Assembly (NCBI GenBank): GCA_963783305.1
Contig: CAWAMW010000016.1
Span: 608,001 to 672,000, forward strand
Source: an uncultured Gemmatimonadales bacterium
GTDB lineage: Bacteria > Gemmatimonadota > Gemmatimonadetes > Longimicrobiales > RSA9
Length of the DNA: 64,000 bases
Direction of reading: 5' to 3'
Under the pieces are notes generated by a model. The model did no database searches. It saw only the letters and a list, made by a program, of their open reading frames with translations, and had not been told where the DNA came from. A program made the translations under genes and the position numbers. Below are positions 57,664 through 64,000 of this stretch, piece after piece. Within the stretch, counting starts at the first letter, position 1. Every line of letters begins with the position of its first letter.

Positions 57664-58230
57664 ATGAGACCAACTTTGAAGCGTATTTCCGGGCCCCTCC
57701 TCGGGCTGCTCATCCTCGTCTCCATCCTCCCGTCCGCGGGCTGTGACAGCGTCGAGCCGACCATGTTCCCCGTGGGCGACACCGTGGTGCTCTACTCTCT
57801 CGCGCGCGCCGAGTACATCGGCTACGCGTCCGCCTTCGACTTCCGGACTCCTCAGGCGGTGGTGGTGGAGCGGCCCAAGGGCTCGGACTACTCCGATTTC
57901 GATGTGGCGTTCTCCGAGCTCGATGGCGAGTTCGTCCTGCTCCCGGCCGGTCTGTTCGAGAGCTTCGGGAGCGACCCGGGGATCGCGGTGGACGAGAGCG
58001 GTGTGGCCTTCGAAGAGCTGAGCCGTGCGCCCAGCGACGGGTACGTCGTCGATGAGGCCGTCTCCCTTCGGGAGGGGCCGGTGTACGTGATCCGGACCCG
58101 CTCCAGGAGCTCGTGCAGCCAGTACGCGAAGATGGAGGTGCTGGAGCTGGAAGCGGACGGGGTGCTGGAGTTCCGGTTCCTGCGCAACAACCTCTGCAAC
58201 GACCGGGCGCTCGAGCCGGACGGAAACTGA
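57664..58230 (+). CDS. lipoprotein, possibly HmuY-like fold
   Basis: Lipobox SAGC; FDVAF and VYVIRT...YAKMEV..LEFRF motifs. Confidence 0.75.
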   Translation: MRPTLKRISGPLLGLLILVSILPSAGCDSVEPTMFPVGDTVVLYSLARAEYIGYASAFDFRTPQAVVVERPKGSDYSDFDVAFSELDGEFVLLPAGLFESFGSDPGIAVDESGVAFEELSRAPSDGYVVDEAVSLREGPVYVIRTRSRSSCSQYAKMEVLELEADGVLEFRFLRNNLCNDRALEPDGN

Positions 58231-58231
58231 C

Positions 58232-59512
58232 GTGCTGGACATCAGGCGGATCCGCGAGGAGCCGGACGCGGTCCGGGCGCGGCTCGCCGTCCGCGGCGGA
58301 TCGGGTCTGGATGCCGCGGTGGGCCGGGTGGCGGAGCTGGACGAGGAGCGGCGCGAGCTGGTGGGCCGGGTGGACGATCTGCGGGCCGACAGGAACGAGG
58401 CCTCCCCGCGCGTGGGCGACCTGAAGCGCGAGGGGAAGCACGAGGAGGCCGACGCCGTGATCCGCCAGATGCGGGTCCTGGGCGATGAGCTGGCGGGTCT
58501 GGAGACGCGGCTGGCGGAGGTGGACGAGTCGATCCGGCAGGCGCTGCTGGAGATCCCGAATACCCCGTCGGAGGACGTGCCGGCGGGCGGCGAGTCGGAG
58601 AACGTGGTGCTGCGGGAGTGGGGCACGACCCCCGAAGGTGACTGGGAGCGCCGCCCCCACTGGGAGGTGGGCGAGGCGCTTGGGCTGCTGGACCTGCCGC
58701 GCGGCGCGAAGATCGCCGGGAGCGGGTTCCCCGTGTACATGGGGATGGGCGCGCGGCTGGAGCGGGCGCTGATCAACTTCATGGTCGACCTGCACACCCG
58801 AGAGCACGGCTATACCGAGGTGTGGCCGCCGCTGCTGGTGAACCGGGATGCAGCGCGTGGCACTGGACATCTGCCGAAGTTCGGCGAGGACATGTATCAC
58901 GCCGGTGAGGACGACCTCTACCTGGTCCCGACCGCCGAGCTGCCGCTGACCAATCTGCACGCGGGCGAGATCTTCGCGCCCGAGGACGTGCCGCGCCGCT
59001 ACGCCGCCTACACCCCGTGCTTCCGCCGCGAGGCCGGTGCCCATGGCAAGGACACGCGCGGCCTGCTCCGTCTGCACCAGTTCGACAAGGTCGAGATGAT
59101 GCGGTTCGAGCGGCCTGAGAACAGCGAGGCAGCACTCGAGGAGCTCACCGGGCACGCCGAAGCGGTCCTCCAAGCGCTCGGCCTCCGCTACCGCGTGCTC
59201 CTGCTCGCCGGCGGTGACCTGGGCTTCGCCAACGCGAAGACGTACGACCTGGAGGCGTGGGCGCCGGCCGTCGGCCGCTGGCTCGAGGTGTCCAGCTGCT
59301 CCACCTACACCGACTACCAGGCGCGCCGCGCGGACATCCGCTACCGTCCCGCGCCCGGCGCGAAACCCGAGTACGTCCACACACTGAACGGCTCCGGCCT
59401 CGGCCTGGCCCGCACCATGGTGGCGTTGCTCGAGACATATCAGCAGCCGGACGGCAGCGTCCGAATCCCCGAAGCCCTGGTCGAGTACGTCGGTACAGAC
59501 CGCATCGCGTGA
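58232..59512 (+). CDS. serS: serine--tRNA ligase
   Basis: MLDIRRIR, coiled-coil arm, LVPTAE.PL, FRREAG, LHQFDKVE, EVSSCS, HTLNGSGL. Confidence 0.97.
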   Translation: MLDIRRIREEPDAVRARLAVRGGSGLDAAVGRVAELDEERRELVGRVDDLRADRNEASPRVGDLKREGKHEEADAVIRQMRVLGDELAGLETRLAEVDESIRQALLEIPNTPSEDVPAGGESENVVLREWGTTPEGDWERRPHWEVGEALGLLDLPRGAKIAGSGFPVYMGMGARLERALINFMVDLHTREHGYTEVWPPLLVNRDAARGTGHLPKFGEDMYHAGEDDLYLVPTAELPLTNLHAGEIFAPEDVPRRYAAYTPCFRREAGAHGKDTRGLLRLHQFDKVEMMRFERPENSEAALEELTGHAEAVLQALGLRYRVLLLAGGDLGFANAKTYDLEAWAPAVGRWLEVSSCSTYTDYQARRADIRYRPAPGAKPEYVHTLNGSGLGLARTMVALLETYQQPDGSVRIPEALVEYVGTDRIA

Positions 59513-59518
59513 GGCCGC

Positions 59519-60721
59519 ATGAGCGCCCGTCAATGGCCAGTCGCCCTCGCGCTCCTGGCCATCGCCGTACTGGGCTCCTACCTGCTCTACACGGAGCAGC
59601 TCGTACGGGAGTTCCGTACCGAAGCCGAGGTCCACAAGCGGATGTACGCGCTGGTGCAGGAGGGCGTGCTCTCGGCGCAGCCGGATGCCGCCCTGCAGGC
59701 GCTCACGGACCTGCAGTCGGAGCTGACCCGGATGGGACTTCCCATCGTGGCGGTGAACTCCGACGGGGTGCCATACGCGGCGGCCAACCTACCGTTCGAC
59801 GCGGACCTGACCAGCGAGCGGGACCGGGGGCGGGTGATGGAGTACGTGGCGATGCTGGACGAGCGCACGCCGCCGATCGTGGAGGCGGAGCGCGGCTCGA
59901 TCCATTTCGGTGCTCCGCCGATCATCGGGCGTCTGCGGTGGGCGGCCACACTGCAGGTGGCGGGCGCGGTGCTGCTGCTGTTCGTGGGGTACGTAGTGGT
60001 GCGGGGCGCGTTGCGAGCGGAGCGAGAGCGGATGTGGAGCGCGATGGCGCGGGAGCTGGCGCACCAGATGGGCACGCCGCTCACGTCGCTGAAGGGATGG
60101 CACGAGGTGCTCCAGCTACCGAGTGGGGAGCGGGGGCAGATGGTATCGGACGCGCGGCTGGCGCGGGAGCTCGGGGCGGACCTGGACCGGCTGGAGCGGG
60201 TGTCGCGGCGGTTCGAGCTGATCGGGACCCCGCCGGCGCTCACGGCCGTGCGGCCGTCGGCGGTGATGGATGAGCTGGAGGAATACCTGTTGCCGCGGCT
60301 GCCGCGGTCGGGTGGGAGGCACGTGGACCTGCGAGTCCGGACGTCGCCTGACCTGCCGGATATCGAAGCGAACCGGGTCCTGCTGGTGTGGGCGCTGGAG
60401 AACTGTGTAAAGAACTCGCTGGACGCGTTGGCGGGGCGCGGTGGACGGATCCGGCTCGCGGCCTCGCCGGATGATGAGGGTGTCCGCTTCATGGTCTCCG
60501 ATGACGGCCCTGGGGTGGACCCGATGGTCCGGGACCGGCTGTTCGAGCCGGGCGTGACGACCAAGGCGGGTGGCTGGGGTGTGGGATTGTCGCTGGCGCG
60601 CCGTATCGTGGAGGAGGTGCATGGCGGCCGGATCCGGGTGGGCGAGCGGGCGGGCGGCGGGGCGCGTTTCGAGGTGTTGATCCCGGCAACGGGCGAACGG
60701 AGACGAGCAGGACAGGGCTGA
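59519..60721 (+). CDS. two-TM sensor histidine kinase
   Basis: MARELAHQMGTPLTSL, ENCVKNSLDA, DDGPG, GWGVGL. Confidence 0.92.
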   Translation: MSARQWPVALALLAIAVLGSYLLYTEQLVREFRTEAEVHKRMYALVQEGVLSAQPDAALQALTDLQSELTRMGLPIVAVNSDGVPYAAANLPFDADLTSERDRGRVMEYVAMLDERTPPIVEAERGSIHFGAPPIIGRLRWAATLQVAGAVLLLFVGYVVVRGALRAERERMWSAMARELAHQMGTPLTSLKGWHEVLQLPSGERGQMVSDARLARELGADLDRLERVSRRFELIGTPPALTAVRPSAVMDELEEYLLPRLPRSGGRHVDLRVRTSPDLPDIEANRVLLVWALENCVKNSLDALAGRGGRIRLAASPDDEGVRFMVSDDGPGVDPMVRDRLFEPGVTTKAGGWGVGLSLARRIVEEVHGGRIRVGERAGGGARFEVLIPATGERRRAGQG

Positions 60722-60722
60722 G

Positions 60723-63071
60723 ATGACCGACTGGCTGGAAACGCTGAACCCGGAGCAGCGGGACGCGGTGGAGCACTTCGAGGGGCCGATCCTGGTTCTG
60801 GCGGGCGCCGGTTCCGGGAAGACGCGGGTTCTCACGACGCGTGTGGCGCACCTGATCCACGAGCACGGCGTGGATCCGTCGGCGATCCTGGCGGTGACGT
60901 TCACGAACAAGGCGGCCGCGGAGATGCGGGGGCGGATCCGTCAGCTGGTGGGGCGCGAGCCGGCCGGTATGTGGGTGGGGACGTTCCACTCCATTGGCGC
61001 ACGGCTGCTCCGGAAGCACGCATCGTCGCTGGGCTGGTCGTCCAGCTACTCGATCTTCGATTCGGACGCGTCGCTCCGGGAGATCAAGGCCACCATGGAC
61101 CGGCTGAGTGTATCGCAGAAGAAGTGGCACCCCAAGGCGGTGCGGGCGGCCATATCGGACGCAAAGAATCAGCTGGTGGACCCGGCGGGATACGAACGCC
61201 TGGCGGCCGACGCCTTCTCGCGCGTGGTGGCCGCGGTCTATCCGGTCTACCAGAAGTCGCTGAAGGAGCAGAACGCGTTCGACTTCGACGACCTGCTGGT
61301 CAAGCCGGTGGAGCTCTTCCGATCGACGCCGGCGGTCCTGGACCGTTATCGCGCCCGGTTCCACTTCATCCTCGTGGACGAGTACCAGGACACGAACGAG
61401 GCGCAGGACCGTTTCGTGGAGCTGCTGGCCGCCGAGCCCGGCACACCGCTGCCCGGGTCCGGGGTGCGCGCGCGGCCGGAGCGCGGGCCGAACCTCATGG
61501 TCGTGGGCGACGACGATCAGTCGATCTACGGCTGGCGGGGCGCGGACGTGAGCAACATCCTCGATTTCGAAAGCAGCTATCCGGGCGCGCGTTTGATCCG
61601 GCTGGAGCGGAACTACCGGTCCACGCAACGGATCCTGGACGCGGCCAATGTGGTGATCGCGGAGAACGTGCGCCGGAAGGGCAAGACACTGCGGACGGAG
61701 GCGGAGGACGGAGAGCGGCTGACGCAGGTGGAGGCGGTGGACGAGCGGGACGAGGCTGACTGGATCGTCTCGGAGCTGGAGCTGCGGATGAGCGACTCGG
61801 AGTGGACGCCCCGCGACTTCGTTCTGCTCTATCGCACGAACGCACAGTCCCGGGAGCTCGAGCGGGCGCTGGTGGAGCGGAGCATTCCGTACCGTATCAT
61901 CGGTGGAACACGGTTCTACGAGCGCCGCGAGATCATGGACGCGCTCGGCTACCTCCGCCTCATCTCGAACCCGGCCGATGGTCAGGCGTTCGACCGTGTG
62001 GTGAACTACCCGAAGCGAGGCGTGGGGCAGGTCAACCAGGACCGGCTCGGGGAGTACGCGGCCAGCGCAGGCCTCTCGCCGCTGGACGCCGCCCGGGAGG
62101 CGAAGTCCATCGACACCATGACGCCCGCCGCCGCGAACGCGCTGGAGCGGTTCGCCGCCAGCATCGACGGGTTCCGCACGCGGGCGGCCACCGTGGGCGC
62201 CGGAGAGCTGACCGAGCAGGTCATCACGGAGATGGGGATCCTCACTTCGCTGCTGGAGGAGGGGCCGGAGGGAGAGGACCGGGCGGACAACGTGCGGGAG
62301 CTCATCGCCGGCGCGTACGAGTTCGACGATCGGCTGCCCACGCTGCGGGATCTCGAGGGGCTGCCGGAGGAGTCCACGTCGCTGGACCTCTTCCTCCAGG
62401 AGGTCTCCCTCATCACCGATGTGGACCGCCACGACCCCGACGCCAACGCCGTCACGCTCATGACGCTCCATACTGCCAAGGGGCTGGAGTTCCCGGTGGT
62501 CTTCATCAGCGGGATGGAGGACGGTCTCTTCCCGCTGGCGCGCGCGTTCGACGAGCCGAGCGAGCTGGAGGAGGAGCGGCGGCTCTTTTACGTGGGGATC
62601 ACGCGGGCTGAGCGAAAGGTCTACCTGACGCACGCCCGCACCCGGCGGCGGATGGGAGAGACCAAGGGGTGCGTGGCGTCGAGCTTCCTTCGGCCCATCC
62701 CCGACGCGCTGCTGGAGAAGCGCACCACGCCGCAGGTCGAGCGGCAGGACCGTGCGTACAGCGGCTGGCAGAGCCGGCGGTCCACGGGGTACGGTGGCGG
62801 GTCGTCCTATGGTGGGGGCCGGAGGAAGCAGCGGGAGCCGGAGACCGACGCGTTCGGGAACGAGGCGGGCGGCTACGTCATCGACTACAGCGACAGCCAG
62901 GACGCGCCGCGGTTCATCAAGGGCGAGGTGGTGCTGCACCCGAAGTTCGGGCGGGGGACCATCCGGGAGCTCTCCGGCCTCGGGCGGGACCTGAAGGCGG
63001 TGATCGAGTTCGACGACATCGGGCGCAAGAAGGTCGTCGTCCGCTACGCCAACCTCCAGAAGGAGTACTGA
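60723..63071 (+). CDS. pcrA: ATP-dependent DNA helicase PcrA/UvrD
   Basis: AGAGSGKT, TFTNKAA.EM, VDEYQD, VGDDDQSIY, NYRST, HTAKGLEF, EERRLFYVGITRA, C-terminal Tudor-like HPKFG.G. Confidence 0.96.
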   Translation: MTDWLETLNPEQRDAVEHFEGPILVLAGAGSGKTRVLTTRVAHLIHEHGVDPSAILAVTFTNKAAAEMRGRIRQLVGREPAGMWVGTFHSIGARLLRKHASSLGWSSSYSIFDSDASLREIKATMDRLSVSQKKWHPKAVRAAISDAKNQLVDPAGYERLAADAFSRVVAAVYPVYQKSLKEQNAFDFDDLLVKPVELFRSTPAVLDRYRARFHFILVDEYQDTNEAQDRFVELLAAEPGTPLPGSGVRARPERGPNLMVVGDDDQSIYGWRGADVSNILDFESSYPGARLIRLERNYRSTQRILDAANVVIAENVRRKGKTLRTEAEDGERLTQVEAVDERDEADWIVSELELRMSDSEWTPRDFVLLYRTNAQSRELERALVERSIPYRIIGGTRFYERREIMDALGYLRLISNPADGQAFDRVVNYPKRGVGQVNQDRLGEYAASAGLSPLDAAREAKSIDTMTPAAANALERFAASIDGFRTRAATVGAGELTEQVITEMGILTSLLEEGPEGEDRADNVRELIAGAYEFDDRLPTLRDLEGLPEESTSLDLFLQEVSLITDVDRHDPDANAVTLMTLHTAKGLEFPVVFISGMEDGLFPLARAFDEPSELEEERRLFYVGITRAERKVYLTHARTRRRMGETKGCVASSFLRPIPDALLEKRTTPQVERQDRAYSGWQSRRSTGYGGGSSYGGGRRKQREPETDAFGNEAGGYVIDYSDSQDAPRFIKGEVVLHPKFGRGTIRELSGLGRDLKAVIEFDDIGRKKVVVRYANLQKEY

Positions 63072-63072
63072 C

Positions 63073-63369
63073 GTGGAGGTGGGCCGGGCGGACGTGCTCC
63101 GGATGGCGGCGCTCGCGCGAATCGCCCTTTCCGACGACGAGGCCGCGCGGCTCCGCCGCGATCTCCAGGACATCCTCGATCACGTGGACGCCCTGCCCGA
63201 CGTCAGCGCCGGGGCGGTCGCGCCTGGGCCGACCTCTCCCGCAACCCGCCCGGACGACCCCGGAGCCGACGCCCTGGCCGGGGGTCTCGAGAGCTTCGCG
63301 CCCGAGGCCCGGGAGGGGCTGATCACGGTCCCGCGGCTCGAGTCGCACGCGGACGCGGAGCCGGGATGA
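63073..63369 (+). CDS. gatC: Asp/Glu-tRNA amidotransferase subunit C
   Basis: V..MA.LARI, L.DIL.HV..L, R.D, AP....GLITVPR; precedes gatA. Confidence 0.9.
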   Translation: MEVGRADVLRMAALARIALSDDEAARLRRDLQDILDHVDALPDVSAGAVAPGPTSPATRPDDPGADALAGGLESFAPEAREGLITVPRLESHADAEPG

Positions 63370-64000
63370 CCGCGCCGGGCGTGCTGGAGGTCGCACGGTC
63401 GATATCGGCGGGGGAGCGCTCGGCGGTCGAGGGGGCGGAGCGGGTCAGCGCGGCCATCGCGTCCGACACGCTCCATGCCTTCCTGGCGCACGACCCGGAG
63501 CGGCTCACGGCCGACGCGCGGGCGCTGGACGCGAGGCTGGAGGGGACGCGCTCGGCGGGTGAGTCCGCCGGTCGGCTGGCGGGCGTGGCCGTGGCCATCA
63601 AGGACAACATCGCCACGCTCGACGACCCCACGACCTGCGGCTCCCGGATCCTCGAGGGGTACCGTTCGCCGTACGAGGCCACGGTCGTGGCACGGCTGCG
63701 GGCGGCGGGCGCGCTGATCGCCGGGAAGACGAACATGGACGAGTTCGCCATGGGGTCGTCCACGGAGCGGTCGGCGTTCGGGCCCACGCTCAATCCGCAC
63801 GACCCGGAGCGGGTGCCCGGCGGCTCGTCGGGAGGTTCGGCCGCGGCCGTGGCCGCGGGGATGGTGCCGGCGGCGCTCGGATCGGATACGGGGGGGAGCG
63901 TGCGACAGCCCGCGTCGTTCTGCGGTGTGGTGGGGCTGAAGCCGACGTACGGGCGCGTGAGCCGGTACGGGCTGGTGGCGTTCGCGTCCTCGCTCGACCA
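63366..64000 (+). CDS. gatA: Asp/Glu-tRNA amidotransferase subunit A (truncated by the window end)
   Basis: ATG 63366 overlaps the gatC stop; [43 protein letters not shown] read directly from the DNA. Confidence 0.93.
   Translation, partial: MTAPGVLEVARSISAGERSAVEGAERVSAAIASDTLHAFLAHDPERLTADARALDARLEGTRSAGESAGRLAGVAVAIKDNIATLDDPTTCGSRILEGYRSPYEATVVARLRAAGALIAGKTNMDEFAMGSSTERSAFGPTLNPHDPERVPGGSSGGSAAAVAAGMVPAALGSDTGGSVRQPASFCGVVGLKPTYGRVSRYGLVAFASSLD

Noticed and set aside
1..64000. CRISPR arrays, IS/transposases, integrases, prophage or defence genes
   Set aside because: No regularly spaced repeats, terminal inverted repeats or such protein motifs were seen; nearly all sequence is accounted for by housekeeping and envelope genes.

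Overview
High-GC (roughly 70% by eye), gene-dense chromosomal segment of a diderm bacterium, most likely Gemmatimonadota. That assignment is inferred from a short RpoD without region 1.1, mglBA after recR, BshB1, an FCB-type GlmU-like nucleotidyltransferase, and TolC/outer-membrane genes. About 67 CDS are supportable, mostly core genes: rmlDBAC; ffs-dnaX-ybaB-recR-(frameshifted ORF)-mglB-mglA-pgsA-cinA-lipase; grpE-dnaJ; iscS-mnmA; bshB1; two MacAB-TolC-type exporter operons flanking a giant NtrY-like kinase and an HtrA; comM; larE-thpR-sigma54 regulator; lepB; rpoD; rplM-rpsI-rpsB-tsf-pyrH-frr-uppS-cdsA-dxr-rseP; manC/GlmU-like; serS; pcrA; gatC-gatA (partial). No tRNA, rRNA, CRISPR array, prophage or IS was seen. 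The best leads are: (1) an orphan LarE followed by a free-standing copy of its own C-terminal domain and thpR; (2) a 14-bp inverted repeat joining the end of frr to the uppS start codon; (3) sigma-54-type motifs before grpE-dnaJ and htrA; (4) a shared ECF-type promoter motif before both exporter operons, one of which has no ATPase; (5) a single-base frameshift that fuses a membrane anchor to MglB; (6) a pentaloop SRP RNA. All functional interpretations come from reading by eye and need database checks.
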